Positions 10,201-19,667 of a stretch of DNA of 56,163 nt are shown here, in pieces; the first letter of the stretch is position 1; each line of letters begins with the position of its first letter. The notes under the pieces are model-generated. The model had not been told where the DNA came from and did not search any database. It was given only the letters and a program-made list of their open reading frames with translations. A program made the translations under genes and the position numbers. The DNA comes from Planctomycetaceae bacterium (lineage in GTDB: Bacteria; Planctomycetota; Planctomycetia; Planctomycetales; Planctomycetaceae), in the NCBI GenBank assembly GCA_016779365.1, contig JADHNX010000001.1:1-56163 (forward strand), written 5' to 3'.

Positions 10201-12605
10201 AGTATCAGGGCGACTGGACGACCAGCAACCGGCAGCCGTCGCCCATCGGAGCCAGTTACCGGCACGACGACAACAAGGGCCGAGGAGAGAAGAGCGCAAC
10301 CTTCACCGCGACAATCCCCAAAGCCGGCGAATACGAAATCCGGTTCCTCTTCACATGGCACGAGAACCGATCATCGCGAACGAAAGTCACGGTTGCAGGA
10401 GCTGGCGAAGAAAGGACGTTCCGCGTCAACCAGCGCGAACCGGCGATGAAAGGTCGCGTTCCCAATGCACTGGGAACATTCCGCTTCAAAGCCGGCGCGA
10501 AGGCTCGCGTTACTGTTTCCAACGAAGGCGCCGACGGGTACGTGGTCGTCGACGGCCTGCAGATTCTGCCCATCGCTCTGGCCCGTGAAGAGCGCGAAGA
10601 CAAGCGGCCTTCCGGCTATGCTGAGATCGAGATGGCGGCAAAGCCCGCACCGCCGGACCACGCAATGGCGGCTCGGGTCGCGCTCTCTCCGCTGGCCAAG
10701 GAAACACGTCCCACCCAGGGCGGCGACACCGGCACGAAACGTTCGGACGAACCTGTTCGACTCAAGCCAGCCGCGACGCCCGCAGAGGTTGACGGAAAGG
10801 AATTTGACGTCGTTGTGATCGGCGGAACCGGCGGTGGTGTGGCCTGTGCGGTACGAGCGGCGCGCGAAGGTTGCCGCGTTCTACTCGTCCAGCACAACGG
10901 TCATGTCGGCGGAATGATGACCAACGGACTCATGCAATGGGACGCCCTCTACGGCGGCCCGCGCTCGCCGATCTTCTCGGAGATGCTTCAGAACATTGAG
11001 CGTTATTACATCGAGACATTCGGTCGCGACTCGAAAACACATCAGACGATTCGCTGCACCCACGAGCACTATCCGATCAGTTGGGCCGAGCCGCACGTCG
11101 CCGAGCGCGAATACAATCGGTTGTTGGCCGCCGAAGAGAACATCACGCTGCTGCTCGATCACTCTCCGGCGTCGGTCGGCAAAGATGGTCGGTTGATCCA
11201 AAGCGTGGCCCTGAGAACGCGGAAAGGGACTAACACGATCACCGTCCGCGGCGCGACGTTTGTCGACGCCACCTACGAAGGCGACCTGTTCGCGCTCGCT
11301 GGAGTTAATTATCGGGTCGGCCGCGAGGCACGGGACGAATACAACGAACCCCACGCTGGCAAGGTGTTCACCAACATCGACCACTCACCGCCGCAGAGCG
11401 TTATCAGCCAGGGGCTTAACATCCGCTCATACAATGCGCGGCAAGGTAGCGTCGACCCGTCGAGTCCCTTCAGTGCCGATGGCGCAGTGCAGGCGTACAA
11501 CTATCGCTTCTGCGTCACCTCCGACCCGGCGAACCGCCTCCCGATTCCCAAACCGGCGAACTACGACCGCAACCAATACGTTGACTACGGTCGCAAATAC
11601 ATCGGCTCGTACAACGGTCCCAATCACAAGTCCCATGTCAACAGCCCCATCCTTCCCGGCGAGAATCACGACTACCCTGACGGCGACTGGGATGCACGCG
11701 ACCGAATCACGCAGCGGCATATCGAGTTCGGACTCGGCCTGATGTGGTTTCTGCAGAACGATGAATCGATTCCGCTTGAGCGACGGAAAAACTTCCAGAT
11801 GTGGGGCCTGCCTAAAGACGAGTACGCCGACAACGGCCACGTGCCGTACGAGATGTACGTCCGCGAAACCCGCCGCATCGTCGGCCGGCACGTCTTCACG
11901 GAGAACGATGGCAGCCTGGCGGCCGGGTATGCGAGAACGCCGATTCACCCGGACAGCATCGCAATTACCGACTGGTACATGGATTCGCATTCCTGCACCA
12001 CCGACAGCCGCCCTGGCTTCAAGTACGACGGCAAACTGATCCTGACCGAGCAGTCCCGCCCCTCACAGATACCGTATCGATCGCTGTTGCCGCGGGAGAT
12101 CGATAACCTGTTGGTCCCTGTGTGTCTGTCCGCCACGCATATCGCATGGGGCGCAGTCCGCCTCGAACCTGTTTTCATGCAGACCGGCGAAGCCGCCGGC
12201 TTCGCCGCCGCGCTCGCGAAGCAGCAAGGTGTCGCGCCTGCTCAATTGGATGCAGACTTGCTGGTACGAACACTCGTCGAACACCGGCAACTGGTGAGTT
12301 TCTTTAACGACCTGAAAGTGACCGATCCCGAACCAGTCATTCCCGCCGCGCAGTATTTCGCCACCAGAGGCTTCTTTCATTCCTACGACGCCGCGCTCCA
12401 CGAGCCGCTCACCGAAGCGACGGCAAAGGTCTGGCGGCAAGGCTTTGCTGCAATTCAGTCCGGCGAACTTGATCCCAGCGATCTGGCTGCCCAAGTCGCC
12501 AAAGCGGCGGCCGACACGGATTCGCCTCCGGCCGGGCAGAATCGTGGTGAAGAGATCTTGAAGATGTTGAAATTACTTTCCGCCAAACGAAAGCCATCAA
12601 AATGA
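7293..12605 (+). CDS. Giant secreted fusion: GH33-type exo-alpha-sialidase + FAD-oxidoreductase-like domain + beta-sandwich (CBM/golvesin-C-like) domain + second FAD-oxidoreductase-like domain
   Basis: Signal peptide. Sialidase YRIP motif (YALYRIPGIV). Five Asp boxes (STDGGKTW, SDDDGETW, SDDHGKTW, SPDGATVW, SDDEGRTW). Two Rossmann motifs (VCVYGGTSGGVVAAVQAARMG..VLVEP..LGGMTSGGLS and FDVVVIGGTGGGVACAVRAAREG..LLVQ..VGGMMTNGL), each followed by a DATYEGDL block. Confidence 0.85.
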   Translation: MKTLLKSLLLFVLCCASASAVEKTDLFEAGNEGYALYRIPGIVVTTQGTVLAYCEARKSDRGDWGPIDVLMRRSTDGGKTWGPRQKIVHVEGDLPINPLAAAQNLDKPGDNTVNNPVAIVDHETGAVHFLYCLEYMRCFSMRSDDDGETWTEPIEITKTFEDFRSDYDWKVLATGPSHAIQLTHGPKRGRLVVPVWLSLGTGGHAHRPSVTATIYSDDHGKTWQRGDIAVPDTPEFIYPNETVVVQLSDGRVMLNTRSESKAHRRLVTISPDGATVWSQPRFDEQLLEPICMAGIVRVRMPNGDKPGVLAFSNPHNLSRADGKETPGKSRDRKNVTIKLSDDEGRTWSASRTLEPGFSGYSDLASLPDGTILCFYERGSIDGKNHYRTGRLTVARLTEDWVRDGIETDVCVYGGTSGGVVAAVQAARMGKRVVLVEPGRHLGGMTSGGLSAVDIGDPRSVGGIAREYFSRLVASYAKTLNWDQPFNSKGGPATGGAYSIEPHVAERVFEEMAREAGVVVLREARLASVKKEGTRIAELTTDDGRTVRAKVFLDTTYEGDLLAVAGVSYTVMREGNAQYGETYNGIHYAENYKPRVNHQQPGPNGRVPGGQGVWDRDFPLDPYVVKGDPTSGLLPLISEGDPGKPGDPAPGVMAYCFRLCLSTADDRLPIEPPSDYDPKDYELVARFIAACQENGDDMDLRWFSKHDPLPNQKWDFNTATFGGNLPGASWEWPEASYDRRADIAKEIENYHRGLLHFLATDPRVPEKVRTDMARFGLPRDEFTDNGGWPHQIYVREGRRMVSDLVLTEHHTFGRKIAPDSIGLGSYGTDIHEIRRIVKDGVVIREGKVAGGRGGFGPYQIGYGAIVPKQSECENLFATFALSASHSAFASIRMEPVFMVTSQSAATAACLAIDDEVAVQEVDYEKLKTRLLADEQVLSWPPAGAATSAVAPRTIIRADSLPGIVLDDDEAEYQGDWTTSNRQPSPIGASYRHDDNKGRGEKSATFTATIPKAGEYEIRFLFTWHENRSSRTKVTVAGAGEERTFRVNQREPAMKGRVPNALGTFRFKAGAKARVTVSNEGADGYVVVDGLQILPIALAREEREDKRPSGYAEIEMAAKPAPPDHAMAARVALSPLAKETRPTQGGDTGTKRSDEPVRLKPAATPAEVDGKEFDVVVIGGTGGGVACAVRAAREGCRVLLVQHNGHVGGMMTNGLMQWDALYGGPRSPIFSEMLQNIERYYIETFGRDSKTHQTIRCTHEHYPISWAEPHVAEREYNRLLAAEENITLLLDHSPASVGKDGRLIQSVALRTRKGTNTITVRGATFVDATYEGDLFALAGVNYRVGREARDEYNEPHAGKVFTNIDHSPPQSVISQGLNIRSYNARQGSVDPSSPFSADGAVQAYNYRFCVTSDPANRLPIPKPANYDRNQYVDYGRKYIGSYNGPNHKSHVNSPILPGENHDYPDGDWDARDRITQRHIEFGLGLMWFLQNDESIPLERRKNFQMWGLPKDEYADNGHVPYEMYVRETRRIVGRHVFTENDGSLAAGYARTPIHPDSIAITDWYMDSHSCTTDSRPGFKYDGKLILTEQSRPSQIPYRSLLPREIDNLLVPVCLSATHIAWGAVRLEPVFMQTGEAAGFAAALAKQQGVAPAQLDADLLVRTLVEHRQLVSFFNDLKVTDPEPVIPAAQYFATRGFFHSYDAALHEPLTEATAKVWRQGFAAIQSGELDPSDLAAQVAKAAADTDSPPAGQNRGEEILKMLKLLSAKRKPSK

Positions 12606-15600
12606 AACCGAACTGTTTGCGTACAGTCTTCCTGATCTTGCTGGCTTCGGTGTCTGCCTTTGCGGAGGCCGGTGAGCCCGCCACTTCCGACGTTGTCATC
12701 TACGGAGCGACCCCGGCGGGCATTGCTGCCGCCCTGACCGCTGCGGAAGGTGAGTGCAGCGTGCTGTTGATCGAACCGACGGCCCGGATCGGCGGGATGA
12801 CGACGCACGGTCTTTCACACTCGGACTTTCACACCTTTGAATCGCTCCACGGACCTTTTCTCAAGTTCAGTCAGCGGGTGCTAAAGCACTACGAGACGAC
12901 TTATGGCAAGGACTCGGAACAGGTCCGGAATTGCTGGCGAGGAACCCATGGCGAGCCGTCGGTCAACCTGTTGATCTTTCAGCAGATGCTTGCCGAGAAA
13001 CCGTCGATCCGGATCCTGACGGAACATCGTCTGACCAAGGTGACTGTTGAAGATCACCTCATCACCACGTTGACGTTCTCGCTACCCAACGGTGGCTCCG
13101 TTGCAATCACACCGAGAATTGTGATCGACGCAAGTTATGAGGGAGACCTGCTCGCTGCGGCGGGCGTGCCGTATCGCGTGGGGCGGGAAGCCCGATCGGA
13201 GTATGATGAATCGCTCGCTCCTGGAGAAGCGGATGATCAAGTTCAGGGGTACAACTTTCGACTCTGTATGACTCAGGATCCGAAGAACCGTGTCCCGGTT
13301 TCAATTCCGAAGAACTACGATCGCGATGACTATGCGGCGTTGGTTCCGCTAGTCAAAGCCGACAAATTCCGCTCGGCGTTTGGATACCCCGGCAGCCCGT
13401 TTGTGCTCAAAGCGCACCTGCCCGCTCTTCCCAACGGCAAACACGACATCAATGACGTGTCGAAAGGACTCGTTCGGCTTTCGCTGCCGGGTCACAACCT
13501 CAAATACCCCGATGGTGATCTCGCCACGCGTCGCCGGATCGAGCAGGAGCACCTCGACTGGCAACTCGGCCTGATCCACTTCGTCCAGACCGATCCCGCA
13601 CTTCCTGAGGCGTTCCGCAAAGAAGCCGCGACGTGGGGTCTGTGCCGCGATGAGTTCGCGGACACGAATCACATCCCGCCGCAGATCTATGTCCGGGAAG
13701 CCCGCCGCATGGTGGGACTGCGCGTCTACACGGAAGCCGACACAGAGTACGCTTCGAACGACGTCCGATCCCGGTTGCATCCGGACTCGATTGCAGTCGG
13801 AGAGTACAGTCACAACTGCCACGGCACCGATCGCGAAGGTCCGATGATTGGCGGCCGACACACGGGGGAGTTTTACAAGGGCGTCGCGCCTTATCAGATT
13901 CCCTATGGAGTCATTGTGCCGAAGGAAATGCGCAACCTGCTTGTCCCGACCGCGTGCAGTGCGAGTCACGTCGGTTTTTGTGCGATCCGTCTGGAGCCGA
14001 TCTGGATGTCACTGGGCGGCGCTGCCGGACATGCCGCCGAACTAGCCCTCGAGGCGAATATCCCCGTTCAACAGGTCGATGCAGGCGCGTTGCAGAAACG
14101 GATCTGGTCTCACGGCGGTGCGACGATCCACGTCAGCGACGTCCCACCGGGTCATCCCGATTTCACCGCAGTACAATGGTGGGCCGGACTCGGAGGTCTC
14201 CACGGACTGGAACCTGCTCCCGCGAAACCGGGCACGCGGGGCCAACACATCGTCAGCCAGTACTACGAGGCGTTCCCGGGGCACGCCGCCAAGCTTGATC
14301 AACCACTGGATGATGCATTGACGAAACGCTGGACGGCTCTGGTCAGGGAACTCAGCCTCCCCGTTCCCGTCGATCCCACCACACGCGGCGACTGGATTCG
14401 CGAAGTGTTCGCCAAAGCGCGTCTTGCCGTCCAGGCCACCGATAGTAAACAGGGAAAGCGGACTCGCACTTCTCACCCTGCAGGAGAGGAGAGCTTCGCA
14501 CTGCAACTCCTCGGCGTGTCGGACGAGCAAGTCGAAGGATTTAATGCCGCCAGGAAGGCCGGCTTGCTTGAATGGGCTCCGGTCAACCTGCCCATCAATC
14601 CGCCCGGAGATTGCAATCACTACGGCTGGCCGATTGCGACGATGTCGGGAGACACGATCGTCGTGATGCATCGACGCATTCCCGGACATCGGGCCAAGGG
14701 CGCGGGGAAGCCGCATCCAAAAATGTCCTACGGCGTGGTGCTGCGTAGCGACGATGGCGGCAAGTCATGGTCCGAGCCCTACGACTTGCGGGACTGCATG
14801 AAGCCGGAAGATCGCAACCGCGGTGGCATCGTCCCGCTTTCTCATCGAGCGAAGTTCGACGAGGGAAACAAATCGCCGCTCGGTTACAAAGTCCATCTGC
14901 ACGCCATCGGGACGGCCCGTGACGGCGCGGTCATCGCTGTGAACAACCACGGTGTCTTCCGCAGTAACGATGCGGGCCGCACGTGGAAACATTTTTCCGA
15001 GGCATTACGTGAAGACACCTTTAACCACGCAATCATCAACATCGGCCCGCGCATCCTTGATGATCCCAAGCAAGGTCTGCTCGTGTTCGGCAACTGGTTC
15101 GGCGAGGCGGATCAATACCACAAGTACTCCGAGAAACTCGTCGTTCTCCGTTCCCCCGATGGCGGCGCAACATGGCGGGCCGAAGAACATCCAGCCGGGT
15201 TCAAGCAATACGAACCGGCGGCGATCTTCCACGATGGACAATATCACATCGTCACTCGCGATCAGAACCAGGTGCGAGCCCACCAGCAGATGACCTGGCA
15301 GCCCGGCCACGAGCCGGCGATCACGAAGACAAACCTGCAAGACCCGCGACTCGTAGACACGGTCGACCTGTCGTTCAATCCGGTGACAAAGCGGTTCGAA
15401 ATTGTACGTAGCGAACGGCATCGCATGGAGCTCTGGCTTTGGAGCATCGCGCCGGAGGACTGGTCCCAAGGCGGGTGGCGTCGTGAGTGCCGTCTGTTGC
15501 AGCGTCAGGGAGAATTCTACGCAGATGCCGACGGCTTCCATCCTGCTGGAGCGGTCATCGACGAAAAGCGCGGCGTCCAGCACATCTTCATCTACAGCGG

Positions 15601-15691
15601 CCACCCCAACGGCCCAGCGGGCGTGTTCCGCATCAGCCGCACGCTCGATACGCCCAAACTGAGCGCTGTTCTCAAGACACTCGCCCCATGA
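12602..15691 (+). CDS. FAD-oxidoreductase-like domain fused to a C-terminal BNR/sialidase-like propeller
   Basis: The ATG overlaps the upstream stop (ATGA). Signal peptide. DVVIYGATPAGIAAALTAAEG..LLIEP..IGGMTTHGLS. IDASYEGDL. C-terminal Asp boxes SDDGGKSW, SNDAGRTW, SPDGGATW. Confidence 0.8.
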   Translation: MKPNCLRTVFLILLASVSAFAEAGEPATSDVVIYGATPAGIAAALTAAEGECSVLLIEPTARIGGMTTHGLSHSDFHTFESLHGPFLKFSQRVLKHYETTYGKDSEQVRNCWRGTHGEPSVNLLIFQQMLAEKPSIRILTEHRLTKVTVEDHLITTLTFSLPNGGSVAITPRIVIDASYEGDLLAAAGVPYRVGREARSEYDESLAPGEADDQVQGYNFRLCMTQDPKNRVPVSIPKNYDRDDYAALVPLVKADKFRSAFGYPGSPFVLKAHLPALPNGKHDINDVSKGLVRLSLPGHNLKYPDGDLATRRRIEQEHLDWQLGLIHFVQTDPALPEAFRKEAATWGLCRDEFADTNHIPPQIYVREARRMVGLRVYTEADTEYASNDVRSRLHPDSIAVGEYSHNCHGTDREGPMIGGRHTGEFYKGVAPYQIPYGVIVPKEMRNLLVPTACSASHVGFCAIRLEPIWMSLGGAAGHAAELALEANIPVQQVDAGALQKRIWSHGGATIHVSDVPPGHPDFTAVQWWAGLGGLHGLEPAPAKPGTRGQHIVSQYYEAFPGHAAKLDQPLDDALTKRWTALVRELSLPVPVDPTTRGDWIREVFAKARLAVQATDSKQGKRTRTSHPAGEESFALQLLGVSDEQVEGFNAARKAGLLEWAPVNLPINPPGDCNHYGWPIATMSGDTIVVMHRRIPGHRAKGAGKPHPKMSYGVVLRSDDGGKSWSEPYDLRDCMKPEDRNRGGIVPLSHRAKFDEGNKSPLGYKVHLHAIGTARDGAVIAVNNHGVFRSNDAGRTWKHFSEALREDTFNHAIINIGPRILDDPKQGLLVFGNWFGEADQYHKYSEKLVVLRSPDGGATWRAEEHPAGFKQYEPAAIFHDGQYHIVTRDQNQVRAHQQMTWQPGHEPAITKTNLQDPRLVDTVDLSFNPVTKRFEIVRSERHRMELWLWSIAPEDWSQGGWRRECRLLQRQGEFYADADGFHPAGAVIDEKRGVQHIFIYSGHPNGPAGVFRISRTLDTPKLSAVLKTLAP

Positions 15692-18099
15692 AACCCACCC
15701 TAACACTCATCATCGCCCTGGTCTTCGCGCCGCTTGTTTCACCAACGCTGGCGCAGTCGAATGATGGCCGGACCATCACACTTGCCGACGACGGGCGGGC
15801 GCGTTATCGGATCGTTGCGGCTTCGGATGCGGATGGGATTGAGGATTATGCGGCCCAGACGCTGGCGGGTTATCTGAAGGAAATGACCGGCGCGGAGTTT
15901 TCCGTTGTTTCGCCCGATGAATTCAAGGTGGATCGGCCGGCGATCTTCGTGGGGCTGAGCGAACCGGCGCTGGCACGGTTGGGGCCGGAGCCGCTAGCGA
16001 ACCTGCGTGATCAGGAGCACGTCGCGCGCAGCGTCGGGCAGGACATTCTGCTCTACGGCAAGGGGCATCGCGCGAGCCTCGATGCGGTGATGGAGTTTCT
16101 CGAAAACTCGCTCGGTTGGCGGTGGTATTCGCCTTTCGAAAAACCCGTCGTACCGAAGCTGGCGACGTTGACGTTAAAACCGTTCTCTCGGCAACGCGGT
16201 TTCGACTTCGTGTCGCGTCAACTGGCGGCGCGCTTCGACGGCGATTTCTACCTGCAGCACAATGTCAACATGGGCTTGGAGACGAAGCTGCGCAATCGCG
16301 GTCAGACGGTCCCCGGCCATCTGGGCTCGTGGCTGCCAAACGAGAATTTCGTGCATACCTCGTTTGCCTACATCCCGCCGACGCCAAACGACAAATACGC
16401 GAACGGATTTCCTTGGGTCGAGAAACGCAACTACTTCGAGACCAACCCAGAATTCTTTTCCCTTGGCGAATCCGGCAAGCGGGTTCCGAACCTGCAACTC
16501 TGCTACAGCCTCCGCGGTCTGCGAGACGAACTGACTCGTCAGGTGCTGCGGCAGATCGAACTCTCTGGGCCACGGCAGCTCATCATGATCGACGCTGCAG
16601 ACACGCCGGGGCGATTCTGCCACTGCGACGACTGCGTCGCGCTGGAGCAGCGCTATCAGACTCCCGGCGGCCCGCTGTTTGATTACTTGATCGAGTTATG
16701 CAGCGTGCTGAAACGCGAGCACCTGGAGACGCGAGTGAAGACGCTGGCTTATCGCCGCAGTCAATCGCAGATTCCGCCGCGTCTGCCTGAGGGCGAGAAA
16801 CTGCCCAGCAACCTCGTCATCGAATTCGCGCCGATCGAGGACTGCTACTTTGCCGACTGGACGCATCCTGATCCGCAGATTCAGGAAACATTTCTGCATC
16901 TGAAGGGTTGGGCGGCGATCACCGCGCCGGGCAACCTCTGGGCGTGGATGTATCCCAACCCGTGGGGCACGGGACACGAGATGCCCGTAGGCAATGTCGA
17001 GCGGGTCGTCACCAACATGCGGCTGATGCATCAGATCGGCGTGCGTGGCGTCTTCCTCGACCACCACGGCGTCAACTCGCGCAGCGGCTGGAGCGAATTG
17101 CAGGCGTTTCTGGTGCTGAAGCTTTCGCAGGACATCAACGCTGAAACCGATGCGTTGATCTCCGAGTTCCTTGGCAACGCGTTCGGTCCGGCGGCTCCGC
17201 AGATGCGGCAGTATCTCACAGAACTGGAAGCCGCCCGCAAAGCCATGGCCACATTACCACTGGGCGTTTCCTACAAATCTCGCAATCTGGATGACCGCAC
17301 GTTTCCCTATCTGACGCCGACCAATCTGCATCGCTGGCAACAGTTATTCGAACAGATGGACGCCGCCACCGCGAAGCTGCCGCGCGAGTGGGATAACGTG
17401 CGATCACAGCGTCGTGAACTGGACATCGCCACGCTTTGGAAATGGTTCGATCTGCGAGCCGCCTGGCCGAATATTTACACCGATCACCACAAAGTCGCAG
17501 AGCGGGTTCTTGCCGCGAACAAGGCCAAATCGGCATCCGGAATCGCTCCCGTCTGGACGCTCGGCGAGCCACTCGTCTCCCACATGGTCACCCTCATCGA
17601 CGCGGGTGGCGAGAAACCCTTGCCATCGGAATTCGACGGCATCGACCGCAACCGTATCCGCACCTTCCTCCCTCGAAACAACGCCCGCGGCGAGAAGAAA
17701 CGCAGTGTCAAAGAGCCCGACGCGGCCTTCGGCACAGCCGCCGTGATTGATCAGCCACAGATGCCGTTTCGTTGCGGGTTCAGCGAGTGGAAATCTCGTG
17801 TGCCGAGTATCGTTACGCACGGTCCGCGTCTTGAAATCACTCGCGATCAGATCACTCCGGGGAAGTACCGTCTTTACCGCCTCGGCGAAATCGACATCAC
17901 GACGGATGACAGCGTGATCTGGTTCGGCCGTAGCTGGGCGACGAATCTGCCGGTTGGCTCGCAGCTCTACTTTCCTGGTGAGACCAGTCGCTGGGAGGGA
18001 TGGGTGTCCCTGAAGTTCACCGGTTCGAGTTATGGTGGCAACGGCGAAGATCAAGTCCTCTGCGACAGGATCGTCCTCGTGAAACAAGAAGGGGAGTGA
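15688..18099 (+). CDS. DUF4838-like secreted protein (glycosidase-like)
   Basis: The internal ATG at 15688 overlaps the upstream stop (ATGA) and gives a signal peptide MKPTLTLIIALVFAPLVSPTLAQS. ITLADDGRARYRIVA...AAQTLAGYLKEMTG and HTSF...NPEFFSL...LQLCYS blocks resemble DUF4838. The track start at 15487 lies inside the previous gene. Confidence 0.55.
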   Translation: MKPTLTLIIALVFAPLVSPTLAQSNDGRTITLADDGRARYRIVAASDADGIEDYAAQTLAGYLKEMTGAEFSVVSPDEFKVDRPAIFVGLSEPALARLGPEPLANLRDQEHVARSVGQDILLYGKGHRASLDAVMEFLENSLGWRWYSPFEKPVVPKLATLTLKPFSRQRGFDFVSRQLAARFDGDFYLQHNVNMGLETKLRNRGQTVPGHLGSWLPNENFVHTSFAYIPPTPNDKYANGFPWVEKRNYFETNPEFFSLGESGKRVPNLQLCYSLRGLRDELTRQVLRQIELSGPRQLIMIDAADTPGRFCHCDDCVALEQRYQTPGGPLFDYLIELCSVLKREHLETRVKTLAYRRSQSQIPPRLPEGEKLPSNLVIEFAPIEDCYFADWTHPDPQIQETFLHLKGWAAITAPGNLWAWMYPNPWGTGHEMPVGNVERVVTNMRLMHQIGVRGVFLDHHGVNSRSGWSELQAFLVLKLSQDINAETDALISEFLGNAFGPAAPQMRQYLTELEAARKAMATLPLGVSYKSRNLDDRTFPYLTPTNLHRWQQLFEQMDAATAKLPREWDNVRSQRRELDIATLWKWFDLRAAWPNIYTDHHKVAERVLAANKAKSASGIAPVWTLGEPLVSHMVTLIDAGGEKPLPSEFDGIDRNRIRTFLPRNNARGEKKRSVKEPDAAFGTAAVIDQPQMPFRCGFSEWKSRVPSIVTHGPRLEITRDQITPGKYRLYRLGEIDITTDDSVIWFGRSWATNLPVGSQLYFPGETSRWEGWVSLKFTGSSYGGNGEDQVLCDRIVLVKQEGE

Positions 18100-18161
18100 T
18101 GAGCCTCACTTCGAATTCAGCTTGCCACCCCGTATTCATTTCATAAGCGAAAGGATCAGTA

Positions 18162-19610
18162 ATGAGACAACTACACCCTTCTGTGGCTGCCGCGTGGATC
18201 GCGGTGTTCCTCTTTACGACCATGCCCCTGGCTGCCGAACCGATTGATATCGGCTCGCGTCGCGAGCTGTTCGTTGATCCCCATTTGATTGGATCGCTGA
18301 GCGACGTCCGGCTCGTCCTGCATCGCCCAGAGCCGAGCGAAATCGTGTTCCGGTTCGATCAGCCGTGGGAAGGGCTGTATAGCGGATATGAAACCGTGCT
18401 GAAGGACGGCGATACCTACCGGTTCTATTACCGCGGCATGCCCGAGGCGAAACACGACCTTCATACGGAGGTTACCTGTGTTGCCGAAAGCAAAGATGGA
18501 ATCCACTGGACGCGGCCCGAACTGGACATCTACGAAGTTCACGGTACCAAAGCCAATAACGTGGTGCTGGCGCGTAATCGCGGCTGCCACAACTTGGCTC
18601 CGTTCATCGACACCAACCCGGATTGCCCGGCCGACCAGCGGTATAAAGCGCTCGGCGGGACCGGCCAGCCCGGGCTGCTGGCCTTCGCTTCTGCCGACGG
18701 CCTGAACTGGAAGCAACTCCAGGCGGAGCCCGTGATTACGAAAGGCGCGTTCGACTCTCAGAACAATGCGTTCTGGTCCGCGAGTGAGCAGCAGTACGTC
18801 TGCTATTTTCGCGTATTTCGAGAGGGAAAACGCTGGATCGCCCGCACGACTTCCAAGGACTTCATTCACTGGAGCGAGCCGATCGACCTGGAGTTGGGCG
18901 GCCAACCTCGCGAGCACCTCTACACAAACCAGTTCGATCCTTATGTTCGAGCGCCGCACATCTACCTGGGGCTTCCGACCCGCTACCTGCCCGGGCGCCG
19001 CGTGTTGACCGACGACGAAGCCAGGCGAATCGGCACGCCTACGAAATGGAATTACGTGAACGATTGCACGGACATCTTGTTGGCGTCGGCGCGCGGTGGC
19101 GACAACTTCCAGCGAACGTTTATGGAGGCCTTCGTCCGGCCGGGCGGGGATCTGCAGAACTGGACGTCGCGAGCCAACTATGCGGCCCGCGGCATCGTGC
19201 AGACCGGTCCCCGCGAGTTGTCGCTCTACGTGAAGCATCATTCCGGCTATCCGTCGAATCACGTCCGGCGGTACGTGATCCGACCCGACGGTTTCGTCTC
19301 GGTGCAGGCTCCCTACGCCGGCGGCGAGTTTATCACCAAACCATTTGTCTTTTCGGGCGAGAAGCTGTCGCTCAACTTCGCCACATCGGCATTCGGTGGG
19401 CTGTTCGTCGAAATCCAGACGGCAGACGAGAAGCCGATTGAAGGTTTCTCGCAGCAGGACTGCCGGGAGTTGATCGGAGACCGGATCGATCAAACCGTGA
19501 CCTGGAAACACGGCACGGACGTGAGCCGCCTGGCCGGCAAGCCCATCCGGCTGCGGATCGTGATGAAAGACGCCGATCTTTACTCACTGCAATTCAGCGG
19601 TAGCGATTGA
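18162..19610 (+). CDS. Secreted beta-propeller glycoside-hydrolase-like protein (GH32/43/117-superfamily-like); family uncertain
   Basis: Signal peptide. RELFVDPHLI...RFDQPWEG..YETVLKDGDTYRFYYRG and WIARTTSKDFIHWSEP have the pattern of propeller glycosidase-like planctomycete proteins. The call is not verifiable here. Confidence 0.4.
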   Translation: MRQLHPSVAAAWIAVFLFTTMPLAAEPIDIGSRRELFVDPHLIGSLSDVRLVLHRPEPSEIVFRFDQPWEGLYSGYETVLKDGDTYRFYYRGMPEAKHDLHTEVTCVAESKDGIHWTRPELDIYEVHGTKANNVVLARNRGCHNLAPFIDTNPDCPADQRYKALGGTGQPGLLAFASADGLNWKQLQAEPVITKGAFDSQNNAFWSASEQQYVCYFRVFREGKRWIARTTSKDFIHWSEPIDLELGGQPREHLYTNQFDPYVRAPHIYLGLPTRYLPGRRVLTDDEARRIGTPTKWNYVNDCTDILLASARGGDNFQRTFMEAFVRPGGDLQNWTSRANYAARGIVQTGPRELSLYVKHHSGYPSNHVRRYVIRPDGFVSVQAPYAGGEFITKPFVFSGEKLSLNFATSAFGGLFVEIQTADEKPIEGFSQQDCRELIGDRIDQTVTWKHGTDVSRLAGKPIRLRIVMKDADLYSLQFSGSD

Positions 19611-19667
19611 CGTCACCCAGAAGCAAGAATTCACGCAAGGAAACATGTTTTGTGGGGAAGAGACCCA

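Noticed and set aside
18171-19511. 446-aa minus-strand ORF antisense to the propeller GH-like gene
   Set aside because: It has the same shadow-ORF character, with no start context or motifs. The sense ORF has a signal peptide and conserved blocks.
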